Both the position numbers and the translations under genes were made by a program. Source: a virus (lineage: Duplodnaviria > Caudoviricetes). From it: DNA of 64,000 nucleotides. The stretch spans positions 1 through 64,000 of IMG/VR virus record IMGVR_UViG_3300028797_000143; one strand, written 5' to 3'. Positions 1 through 9,091 of this stretch are shown piece by piece. The notes beneath the pieces were generated by a model. It ran no database searches, had not been told where the DNA came from, and was given only the letters and a program-made list of their open reading frames with translations. Position 1 is the first letter of the stretch. Each line of letters opens with the position of its first letter.

Positions 1-1208
1 CTGAAAAGCCAAGCGTAGTACACGTTGTACCTCTCGGCAAACCATCGGTACGAGGAGTTGGCGAGCGTCACCTTGCCTGCCTTGGTCTGCGTGGCGTTGA
101 TGACAGCGAGGTTGCTGTCTTCCATCATCAGCACACCTTCGGTTACGTCCCACAGATGTCCGCCTTGCAGGTAAGCCCAGTTTAGTGCTGGATACATAGC
201 CTTCGTGCCGCCGCTCTTCGTGGGAGCCATCATCGGACCATACTTGGCGGTCAACGCCTCGCCGTCAGGCAGGGCAAAAGCGCCTACCTTCATCAGCGGC
301 TGGATGCCGAACTCGCCACGCAGGTATGCCTCGTATGTCTTGTAGTAAGCACGAATCTCGGCTGCGTACTGCGAGGATTGGAACTCCGTGAGCTTCATCG
401 GGTCTGTGTTACCTGCCTCACTATGCACAGCGACATTGGCGCTGAGTGTACGTCCGTTAGTACTCCAATAAGAAGCAGCACCCTCGAAGTTCATCAGTCC
501 GCGATAGTTGGTACTCTTGCCGTTTACCTTACGATAGTTGTCGCTGGCCGGCATGTCGCCCCACGAAATGTGCGTAAGACCGGAGCAGTTATAGAATCGG
601 TAGTCGGTGCAGTCGTCGCGCTGTACGATGACGCGGTTATTGGCTTCATCGGCATAAGCCCACCACTGTGCGATGGTGGCAGCAGTAGCACCCAACTCTG
701 TCAACTTCGCTTCGATAGCGGCGGTGCAAGCGGCAGCAGCCTCGGCCAGCGTGGTAGCGGTGTAAGTGAAGGTGATGCTTGTGGTGGTGTCCCAGTTCGG
801 CAGACCGAATCGCAGACCGATAGTCTTGCTGTGCTCCTCTCCGTCGAGCACGGCATCGGTCCAAGCGTACTGGCACACTCCAAGATATTTCTGCGTTGGC
901 AGGCTGCTGTAATTGCCCATGAACGTGCGCCAACGACCATCCTTATGGTAGCTCAGGAACACACCCTTGTACGTCCACGATGCAGGCACAAGGCTGCGGT
1001 TATACACGTCCTTGCGGATAGCCACCTTATTGCCGCTCTCGTCCAGATACACGGCATCGCCAAATACAGGCGTGTCGGTGGTAGGAACATTTACTCCGTC
1101 GAACTTGGAGACGTTACCCTCCTTGATGTTAGCCACACGACTCTCGGTGGTAGGCTTGCCAGCGGAATTGTAACTGGCCAAGTCGTTGTATTGTTCAATC
1201 TGTTTCAT
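1..1208 (-). CDS. Tail fibre/receptor-binding protein, probable DGR target (3' end truncated by window edge; absent from ORF track)
   Basis: Hand translation: ATG at 1208 (MKQIEQYNDLAS...), open for about 402 codons to the edge, ending ...NSSYRWFAERYNVYYAWLF, a CLec-fold/VR-like motif; last gene of the tail operon. Confidence 0.8.
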   Translation of the reverse strand, partial: MKQIEQYNDLASYNSAGKPTTESRVANIKEGNVSKFDGVNVPTTDTPVFGDAVYLDESGNKVAIRKDVYNRSLVPASWTYKGVFLSYHKDGRWRTFMGNYSSLPTQKYLGVCQYAWTDAVLDGEEHSKTIGLRFGLPNWDTTTSITFTYTATTLAEAAAACTAAIEAKLTELGATAATIAQWWAYADEANNRVIVQRDDCTDYRFYNCSGLTHISWGDMPASDNYRKVNGKSTNYRGLMNFEGAASYWSTNGRTLSANVAVHSEAGNTDPMKLTEFQSSQYAAEIRAYYKTYEAYLRGEFGIQPLMKVGAFALPDGEALTAKYGPMMAPTKSGGTKAMYPALNWAYLQGGHLWDVTEGVLMMEDSNLAVINATQTKAGKVTLANSSYRWFAERYNVYYAWLF

Positions 1209-1246
1209 ATCTTTAAACTTTTTTAAACTATTAAACTTCTTAAACC

Positions 1247-2926
1247 TTAATTCAGTGCCACCCAGTCATTAGTGCTACCTGTAACTGCTACGGCGTAATA
1301 AACCTTCTTGCTCACCTTGTCAACATACTGCTGACCAATCTTGCGGGGGCAACCGTTCCATACAGTCATAGTCTCCTCGTCCCAGTTGTCAGGCACGTTG
1401 GCGGCACTCGGAGCACCCTCCACGCTGCTGTAAAGCACGTTAGGCACACCAAGCGTCAGGATGTCATCGCACTCCACACTCTGCGCCTTCACCACAGGCA
1501 GCACGGCATTATCCTTACCAGCGAGCAGTTCACGCAGTGCCTTGTTCTCGCTGTAGAGATACAGCAGGGATTCGGCCACAACACTCAGACTGATGTCGAG
1601 CTTCACCTTGTCAACCTTGCCACCAAGGGCGGTGTCCATTTGTTGTTTGGTGTAGAAGTCGGAGAGGTCTTGCGGTTGTATGAGCGGTGTGCGTGTCACT
1701 GTGTACACATCGTACGGGTCGCCATGCACGTACACGGTCTCGTACTTCTTCGTAGTTCCTACCTCATATTTGTTGACGAAGAAGAAGTCGAAGTAGCTGC
1801 CAACATTTACGATGGTGGCCACCACATAGCCGTAGCCGCCACCCATAGGGATGAGCACCATTTCGCCTATTTGGAGACCATTTCGCAAGGCTTGTAGCTT
1901 GGTGGTCGTCGCGCTTGATAGAGGGTCGGCGAGCAAATCCGATACGGTGAAATCCGCGATTTTTTCCGATGCCATGTTGCCGAGCTTCGTCTTCTCGACC
2001 GTTGTATAGTCGTTCGTCGAGAGCCCCTTGCCGTTCACCTTGTCAACCTTGCCACCAAGGGCGGTGTCCATTTGTTGTTTGGTGTAGAAGTCGGAGAGGT
2101 CTATCTCCTTCGTAATGCTCCATACGTCTTGCGCATTTCCCGTCACCTCATAGTAAGTGCCGTAGTAAATGAACTCAAAGACGAATGAACTGCCCAAGGA
2201 GATGACAGCGGCGGGAACGTAACCGCCTCCCGTGCTCGAATTGTCAGGGAATAATACAAGGTACTTCGCACTGCCGCACGCTTGTCGCAGATTGTACAAT
2301 GCGCGTTGAACAGCCGCGCTGCTAATCGAATTGGCCACGTTATATGCGCTTACCTCCGCAATGATTATCTTTTCAGCCTTGGTAATAGCGTCCTGCACGT
2401 TCTGCGCCATGTCCGATGCGGGGATGCCGCCGCTCGGTTTCTGATAGGCTGTGGCACCAGCCGATGCGCCACTCCTGATAGCATTGATGTCGGTAACAAG
2501 GTTTTGTTTTCCGGCAAGCAAGAGTTTCACCTCATTCTTCGTGTAGTAGTTGCTCGGGTCAAAGATTTCCGTCAGCGGTATGCTGATAGGCTCCTGACCT
2601 GAGTCTGTGTTGAACGTGATGACAAGGTTCCCGTTGGAAATTTCGACACTGCTCACCATGCCGTCCTTGATGAAGTCGGTAGCGTCAATCTGAGCCAGCA
2701 CGGTTGAGCCGTGTTTCAGCTCAATCTTCTTAGTGTTGCTGTTGTACGAGCCTCCGTCAACCAATGACAGCAGTTGTGTCTTGTCGGCCTTGTCGCTGTC
2801 TAAGCTGGCCATCCATTCGGTGAGGGAACCCTTGGCGTTACCCTCTCCTACCTGTACGGCATCGGAGTGAGTACCGAAGTACAGGGTTTCGCCTCCCTCT
2901 GTTCTCTTGATTATCTTCTTTGCCAT
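1247..2926 (-). CDS. Tail fibre/adaptor protein with two internal paralogous modules
   Basis: Position in tail operon; repeated DLSDFYTKQQMDTALGGKVDKV linker; start moved to MAKKIIK (ATG 2926). Confidence 0.65.
   Translation of the reverse strand: MAKKIIKRTEGGETLYFGTHSDAVQVGEGNAKGSLTEWMASLDSDKADKTQLLSLVDGGSYNSNTKKIELKHGSTVLAQIDATDFIKDGMVSSVEISNGNLVITFNTDSGQEPISIPLTEIFDPSNYYTKNEVKLLLAGKQNLVTDINAIRSGASAGATAYQKPSGGIPASDMAQNVQDAITKAEKIIIAEVSAYNVANSISSAAVQRALYNLRQACGSAKYLVLFPDNSSTGGGYVPAAVISLGSSFVFEFIYYGTYYEVTGNAQDVWSITKEIDLSDFYTKQQMDTALGGKVDKVNGKGLSTNDYTTVEKTKLGNMASEKIADFTVSDLLADPLSSATTTKLQALRNGLQIGEMVLIPMGGGYGYVVATIVNVGSYFDFFFVNKYEVGTTKKYETVYVHGDPYDVYTVTRTPLIQPQDLSDFYTKQQMDTALGGKVDKVKLDISLSVVAESLLYLYSENKALRELLAGKDNAVLPVVKAQSVECDDILTLGVPNVLYSSVEGAPSAANVPDNWDEETMTVWNGCPRKIGQQYVDKVSKKVYYAVAVTGSTNDWVALN
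1602..2102. repeat. Exact 69-bp direct repeat (1602-1670 and 2034-2102)
   Basis: Identical ttcaccttgtcaaccttgcc...gtcggagaggtct at both positions. Confidence 0.95.
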
Positions 2927-2937
2927 AGTTGTATAGT

Positions 2938-3501
2938 TTATAAATCGTGAATATCGGTTATGATTTGCTCTGCGTGTGCTTCGAGCCATTCCTCGCAGTC
3001 CTCCTTGGCATCAAGTGCTGGCTTCTGTAGTTCCTCTATCTGCTCGGGTGTCAGGTCTTCGTAGGTGAGCGGGTCGCCCTTGTCACCTTTCTCTCCCTTG
3101 GCGAAGTAGAACATGGATGCTATCAGCGTCTCACCACCCTCACGGAAGTCATCGTACTCCTTCAGGAGCGGGTCATTGCACTCGCATACACGTACAACGC
3201 AGCACCACATAGAACGCAGCTTCGTGCCGTCAGGATTCGTGATGCGTATCTCCACGTTGTAGGTGGAGGACGGGAGGTTGCCATCGTCGTGGATGGTGAG
3301 CACATTGCCGTCGATGAGGATGGGCGTGTAGTCGTAGCTGACGTACTCGTTCTTCAGCGATACGATAATGTCAGCCCCCTCCACGGGTATGTAGTCCTCG
3401 CTGACAACGGCATCAGCCACCACCGTTTCCTTCTGTAGCGGTATGGCGATATCCTTGCTGTTGCCTCGGACGATGATGACTTGTTTCTTTTCTTCTTCCA
3501 T
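2938..3501 (-). CDS. Tail/baseplate accessory protein (BppU-like N-terminus, short collagen-like GEKGDKGD stalk)
   Basis: Synteny; AKGEKGDKGDPLTYEDLTPEQ motif typical of tail fibre anchors. Confidence 0.55.
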   Translation of the reverse strand: MEEEKKQVIIVRGNSKDIAIPLQKETVVADAVVSEDYIPVEGADIIVSLKNEYVSYDYTPILIDGNVLTIHDDGNLPSSTYNVEIRITNPDGTKLRSMWCCVVRVCECNDPLLKEYDDFREGGETLIASMFYFAKGEKGDKGDPLTYEDLTPEQIEELQKPALDAKEDCEEWLEAHAEQIITDIHDL

Positions 3502-3511
3502 ATCAGTTTAT

Positions 3512-6500
3512 TTAAAGTGTTCCGTAATCTTCTATCTCCCAGAATATCTCGCCGTCCTCGGCCTTGCAGACAAGTGTCATATACTCGACTGCTGTGTTTG
3601 CCTTGATTGTCGGGAATACGTGCTGTTTGTAATCACCCAATACAGCTTGAACGCTTATTAGGTCTGGGTCAGCACCACCGTAATTCTGCGCGTCGTAAGC
3701 CCATATATCACAGAAGCCTCCTTCAGCTGAGTATGGCTGAATCTTTGTTGTTTGGTTTTGTGACGTGCTTTCATATATTATTCCGTAGTCAACCTCTACC
3801 ACTACGGTATGGCCATACACATTCACTTGTACTGGCGAAACAAGTATCACCCCGTTTTCATCAAGCACTGAGACCATTCTGTTCGGTTCTTCTTGGGTCG
3901 GAGCCGAAAAACTGCCTTTTTTCGCTTGTTCTATGGCTGCTATCGCCACTTTCTTGTCAACGGAATTGTGGTGTGATGGATTCCCTGCAATCTCATATAC
4001 TTTCCATTCATACGAGCGCCTTGCCCACGGAGTGTATTCAAAGATGAAATTCTCCGCATCTGTTCCGTCGTCGCTAATCGAATTGACAAAACCCGCTGCA
4101 CCGAATATACATATAGGTATATCTGTGTCATTTGAGATAACAACACGCGACCCTATGTATTTGATGGCCTCTGACTTGCCCGCTTTCAAAAGACGGTACA
4201 ATGCAAGCGTTCCCGCGTCAGTAAACGTCATTACTATCGGATTATCATCTTCATCATGTGGCACGACTTGACCTGTGTGGGGGTCAACCCACTCCATATC
4301 ATTACCTAGACAGTCAAGGTTTACCGTAACGGTGCCGTCGCTTATCGGCGGCATTAACGTGTCATTAAACGACGCTATCGTATTCGATGTATCGTTATCG
4401 AAATTCGTGCGGAAACGGGCGTAGAATGGCAGAACGACGTTTATCTGCGTACCGCTGTCATGCGTCACAGTCCCCTCTTGTACCATCTTTATGTTTGCAC
4501 CCATCGCAGGCGGTGTAAGATACAAGGCTGGCGTTACGAATGTGTAATTCCTTCCGCTGCTCGGATAGTTACTGTTGTTAAACGCCTTTATGTCTGTCAC
4601 CCCGTAACCGAACGGATTGAATTGCGCATATTTGATAAAGTCATTCCCCGCTGTTGCGGTAGTCACTTCAATCTCCGTCTGCTTTTGGTATGTGTACCCG
4701 CCAATTAAGAGGTCATTGGAAACCTCCGTTGTCTCAGCCTGCAGACGTATCTTTCTGTTGTTCCCGTCTATGATGACACCTGTCTCACCTAACTTGTCTA
4801 TGAGCGTCATGGTGTCCCCTTGTGCGTAGAGGTCTGCGTGTATCTCCAATCCAGCCTTAGAGAACTTCATCCAATTCCCGTTCTGGTCGTTCTCCTTGCC
4901 TGTAATCTCCACGAAGTGGTTGACGGTGGCATCGTAGTACATCTGCTTGATGGCGCGGTTGGCAAGTGTATAGTTTCCGCTATAATAGCCCACACTATAC
5001 GTGCCCTTACCGACATCTTGATACAGCGTGAAACTCGGCGCTCCACTTCCATATGCTGAGAGTAGTATCGCCGCCCGACGCTCTTCTTCCCAGAGGTGAC
5101 CAAGCTGTGCAAGATGGTCGCCTGCTTGTGGCCAATCGGTTGCACTTGTATCCCTTGCAGGGTAGTTTCTATGGCCTGAGCCAACTTGATGGTCTATGTA
5201 ATTGGCTGTTGTGAAGTCGATGTAATGGTACTTCTCAATCACCATATCCTCTTCGCCGTGAGTGACGGAGATATTGACGGAGCCCTTCCGATATACTGCC
5301 ATCCAATAGTATCGGGTACTATCGAAGTTGAATGTCTGGCAGCGTGCCATATCTCCCACGACCCATTCGTTGTCTATCTCATTGCCGTATCTGTCATCGG
5401 CTTTGAAATAGCAGCGGTAATACGACACATTACTTCTCTCGCTCTCTACTTGCCTCAGTTGCTCATTGTCGGAGTCGTACCATTCCACATGGTGTATCAC
5501 ACAGCTTGCGGGTGAGAGGGCTATCTGGCCGCCTACGTGCCTTAGCTCAGCGACCGTAATCTGCGAGAAAGTGGCGTTCTTGCGGATATTGAGGAAGTCT
5601 GCCTCGATGTGTGAGTTGCCGTCAGCGTCCTCATAGATGGATGCTCCGGCACCTTGTATACCACCCGCTCCCACCTCTATCGTAGAGCCTACAAAGACGC
5701 CATTCTTGGCCGTGACGTTATCATCTACGTTAAGGCTTTTCTCCATTTTGACATCTTCATGGAAGATGGTGTACTCATCAGTTCGTGCGAAGTTCTCAGC
5801 TTCCTTCTTAGAGACGTATTCTGTCTTTGTCCGAAGGGCTGAATAGACATTACCATCCGTAGGCTCGACACTACTATCCGAGGTGATGAGCTTGATGGCC
5901 TGTCCTTTCTTCTCGGTGTTTGCAACGACCTTAGCTCCTGCTATGTAATAGCCTATGCCCTCGATATTGGCTTCGAGGTTCCCAAGGCGAGAGAACTTAG
6001 CACTCTCGCCTACAGAGTAGGACGGATTGTCGTAGGGATAGTCAAGAGGATGGGTGAAGCCTATGATACGGCTGAATCTACCCTCCTCATCGAAGAAGAG
6101 GGGATTGTTAAGCTGTATGGTCTGTCCTATCTTAAGGATTCCAGTCTCATAGGCTACGTTGGTGTCCATCGGACACTCATAGACGTTGGTATCGGCTTTT
6201 ATGCCCTGCGCGATGAGCTTCACCTGCTTCAGCAGTTCTATCTCAGCGATGGCGGTGATGTCCTTTGAGGAATAGAAGGCCGTGTCCCAGCCTATGATGA
6301 TGAGCTTGTCACCTGCTTGCGGATAGACGGTCTCATTGGGTAGGGAAACGCCATATTCGTCGCTTCTCACGACCTCATACATACCCTCATGGCCTTTGAC
6401 AAGCTGTAGGCCGAATGTCATGCCAGCGAGACTGCCAGAGAGGAACTGAACCTTTAACTCGTTTGCGATGAGAGCTTCCTGCTCCAAGATGAACAGGTCA

Positions 6501-8539
6501 TCGCTCTCTTGGTATGCTGCCTTGAAGCGGTAATAGACATCTGTGACGGTCTTCTTATTCCCTGCTTCGTCTGTATCTTCGTGTGTATTTGTGTAGGTCT
6601 TATCACCCTCTGTCATGCCTGCGAAGCTGACCTTAAGGTTCAGTTTCGGGAACACATCATCAAGGGTTACTGTCTTCTCCACGATGGCAGAGGGCGGTAA
6701 GTCGCCGAAGATGTCTATATACCCACCTCCGTTGTACTCGGGGTCGAGTTTGGATGCTGCGTCAGGATTCGCTCCATCATCGGTACGATCGTCATCACTG
6801 AGGATGGGGAGAAGTAACCTCTGCTCGTGAATACTCTTCAGTACGTCCTCAGATTGAGAATCTGCGGTGTAGAAAGCCGTATCGACATAAGGAATCACGA
6901 AGTGTGTGCAAGTCTTTATCTGGAACGACTCCATGTAGGTGCTCGGAGTGTTTGTGGGTATCCAGAAGCCGAAAGACCACTTGCTACTCGTCACATCGTA
7001 GTAAGGGAGAATCTTGGCCGAGACATCAGTTCCATCAAAATCCAATACTACGTTATCATCAAAGGGATAAACCGACTGACATGAAATCCTTGGGAGGTTG
7101 GTGAAATAGATGATCAGAGCAGGACGCAGCTTATCCTTCTTTGATTGGTCTAAATGCTCGTATTGCCACTCAAAGAGTCTTATATTCTGACTATCTTTGG
7201 CGAATACGGTCACATCAAGCTTCCAAGGTAATGTCTTTCCTGCAACGGATGCGTCAACGACTATCTCTCCGCTATACTCCATATCGATAGCCCCATTTCC
7301 ATTCCTTACGTTACAGTGCATCTCCACACCATCATAGAGGTTATTGTTGAAATAGAGCAGTCCTTGAACATCGTCACACCACTTATTGCCAGGAATAGCA
7401 GAATCCCATGTAAGGTCTACGTGTGCGCTGGCTGAGTACTTATAGACACCCGGCCTATTGGGGAAGGTGATAGTGCCTTGTACGTAATAGGTATCCCATG
7501 TGAACGCTATGCCGTTAGGGGCAAGTAGCTTCCAGAACTTGCCATTATTCGTGTTGATGGGCAATCTCCCGTCCATGTTACCAGTACAGGTCGTTTCCAC
7601 CACATCTACAGGGAGTATTTTGGACTCCTTGCCGAAATGGTCTCTGTTTATCATCCTTGATGGGTCATCACGGAAAGAGTAGCCATCAACACCTAACCAT
7701 TTCTGGTAGAAATTCTTTGTAGGAGTGAAGATAAGCTTCTTCCTATATCTTCCACTGACGTTATTCGTGCCGCCGAAAGCATACAGTCGGGTGGCGTATT
7801 CATCTTGGCTCTGGCTGGGTTTCATGCCGATGATATTATCTCCTTCTGTAAAGGCGACAGTATCTAAGGTATCAATGTCTATCTCACAACGGCCAAAGTA
7901 TATCGTATCGCCGTCTATCCACCATTCAAGTTCCCAAGCATCTGCGATGGCTTGTAAGGCTTCAAGGGTGCTGATGTTATCGTAGTTGACTACCTTGTAC
8001 TCTACTGTGTCCTTATAGGTGACACCACCAACTTCTACCTCCTGTACTTCGAGGTTCAGCTTATCCTCACCATAGATAGCCCATGTATAGGGATTACTAT
8101 ATGACCCGTTGACCTTCGGGCGGTAGTTGAACTCCGTATAGCCTGCTGACACCTCTTCGGCGTGGCGTGCTTCGAGGTTCTTAAGGAATGTGTCTACATG
8201 CCCTTTCAGGGTCGCGGTGTTCGTCCATGACACTTCTGAGGCAGAGTTGGCAGGGTCGAGCTTGTAAGACTTATTACGCCATATCTTATACGGAGCCTCG
8301 AATTTAAGCTGATACTCTACGCCTCCCGTGGCATCATCCATGGAGGGCTGCTGTTGTTCGCACAGGACGAAACGCTCGCCGTCTATGATAACATAGTCGC
8401 CAATCTGCAGGTCAAGCCTTGCGGCAAGGCTGTCGTAGATGACGATGTTATCCTCGCCGCCAAGTTCCTTGGTGCGCTTGCTGCCGTCGCCTATCTCGAT
8501 CTGGCCGCGTGTAGTTCCGTCTGCTTTATAGATATTCAT
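3512..8539 (-). CDS. Large tail hub/spike (Tal-like) protein
   Basis: 1675 aa, second gene after TMP; TRLYAFGG motif of prophage tail proteins. Confidence 0.7.
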   Translation of the reverse strand: MNIYKADGTTRGQIEIGDGSKRTKELGGEDNIVIYDSLAARLDLQIGDYVIIDGERFVLCEQQQPSMDDATGGVEYQLKFEAPYKIWRNKSYKLDPANSASEVSWTNTATLKGHVDTFLKNLEARHAEEVSAGYTEFNYRPKVNGSYSNPYTWAIYGEDKLNLEVQEVEVGGVTYKDTVEYKVVNYDNISTLEALQAIADAWELEWWIDGDTIYFGRCEIDIDTLDTVAFTEGDNIIGMKPSQSQDEYATRLYAFGGTNNVSGRYRKKLIFTPTKNFYQKWLGVDGYSFRDDPSRMINRDHFGKESKILPVDVVETTCTGNMDGRLPINTNNGKFWKLLAPNGIAFTWDTYYVQGTITFPNRPGVYKYSASAHVDLTWDSAIPGNKWCDDVQGLLYFNNNLYDGVEMHCNVRNGNGAIDMEYSGEIVVDASVAGKTLPWKLDVTVFAKDSQNIRLFEWQYEHLDQSKKDKLRPALIIYFTNLPRISCQSVYPFDDNVVLDFDGTDVSAKILPYYDVTSSKWSFGFWIPTNTPSTYMESFQIKTCTHFVIPYVDTAFYTADSQSEDVLKSIHEQRLLLPILSDDDRTDDGANPDAASKLDPEYNGGGYIDIFGDLPPSAIVEKTVTLDDVFPKLNLKVSFAGMTEGDKTYTNTHEDTDEAGNKKTVTDVYYRFKAAYQESDDLFILEQEALIANELKVQFLSGSLAGMTFGLQLVKGHEGMYEVVRSDEYGVSLPNETVYPQAGDKLIIIGWDTAFYSSKDITAIAEIELLKQVKLIAQGIKADTNVYECPMDTNVAYETGILKIGQTIQLNNPLFFDEEGRFSRIIGFTHPLDYPYDNPSYSVGESAKFSRLGNLEANIEGIGYYIAGAKVVANTEKKGQAIKLITSDSSVEPTDGNVYSALRTKTEYVSKKEAENFARTDEYTIFHEDVKMEKSLNVDDNVTAKNGVFVGSTIEVGAGGIQGAGASIYEDADGNSHIEADFLNIRKNATFSQITVAELRHVGGQIALSPASCVIHHVEWYDSDNEQLRQVESERSNVSYYRCYFKADDRYGNEIDNEWVVGDMARCQTFNFDSTRYYWMAVYRKGSVNISVTHGEEDMVIEKYHYIDFTTANYIDHQVGSGHRNYPARDTSATDWPQAGDHLAQLGHLWEEERRAAILLSAYGSGAPSFTLYQDVGKGTYSVGYYSGNYTLANRAIKQMYYDATVNHFVEITGKENDQNGNWMKFSKAGLEIHADLYAQGDTMTLIDKLGETGVIIDGNNRKIRLQAETTEVSNDLLIGGYTYQKQTEIEVTTATAGNDFIKYAQFNPFGYGVTDIKAFNNSNYPSSGRNYTFVTPALYLTPPAMGANIKMVQEGTVTHDSGTQINVVLPFYARFRTNFDNDTSNTIASFNDTLMPPISDGTVTVNLDCLGNDMEWVDPHTGQVVPHDEDDNPIVMTFTDAGTLALYRLLKAGKSEAIKYIGSRVVISNDTDIPICIFGAAGFVNSISDDGTDAENFIFEYTPWARRSYEWKVYEIAGNPSHHNSVDKKVAIAAIEQAKKGSFSAPTQEEPNRMVSVLDENGVILVSPVQVNVYGHTVVVEVDYGIIYESTSQNQTTKIQPYSAEGGFCDIWAYDAQNYGGADPDLISVQAVLGDYKQHVFPTIKANTAVEYMTLVCKAEDGEIFWEIEDYGTL

Positions 8540-9090
8540 AGTTCTGTGATGTCATAGATGATTGTCTCTGTTGCTGTCGGAGGCAGCGGGAAGTCCTCGT
8601 GTGCCGTTCTGTATGTACTCCAGGGCTTCGGCTCGGAAACCTTAAGGATGAAGTGCGCCATGCGTTGGTCAAACTGCGTGAACTGCGTGCATGACTGATA
8701 GAGGAGGTTGTATACTACACCTTCCTGAAAGCGTGTTTCAAGCGTGAAGGCGCCTCTTAGCAGTACCTCGTCGCAGAACTTATTGTACTGAAGCATGAAC
8801 GTCTCCTTCATCGTGTAGTATTCGGGAACGTTGGGGTCTTCCCAATCCTCCTCCGGCTTCTGCGCAGGAGCTTTCACGATGATATGGAATGGTAGTGTCA
8901 GCTCGCGCTCATCGACACGCATGGCTGTAGCATTGACGTTCACGTTCTTGCCGTGCTGCGCCCTGCTTTTGCTCTGTATGTAGGGCTTCATGGGAGCGGG
9001 TGTCATGAGAGCCGAGAGAGCCCCGTCTTCGAGGTTCACGCCCCACGCCATGAAAGCGTCCTGATTGTTTATGTAAACATCATATTGCAT
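8536..9090 (-). CDS. Distal tail protein (Dit-like)
   Basis: About 184 aa directly after the TMP stop codon; ATG at 9090. Confidence 0.6.
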   Translation of the reverse strand: MQYDVYINNQDAFMAWGVNLEDGALSALMTPAPMKPYIQSKSRAQHGKNVNVNATAMRVDERELTLPFHIIVKAPAQKPEEDWEDPNVPEYYTMKETFMLQYNKFCDEVLLRGAFTLETRFQEGVVYNLLYQSCTQFTQFDQRMAHFILKVSEPKPWSTYRTAHEDFPLPPTATETIIYDITEL

Positions 9091-9091
9091 A

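Noticed and set aside
378-1226. 282-aa plus-strand ORF in the track
   Set aside because: Antisense shadow of the minus-strand gene (1208 to <1), which fits the operon and has a proper AT-rich leader
1602-2102. Invertible shufflon in the tail fibre
   Set aside because: Repeats are direct, not inverted, and no invertase is adjacent
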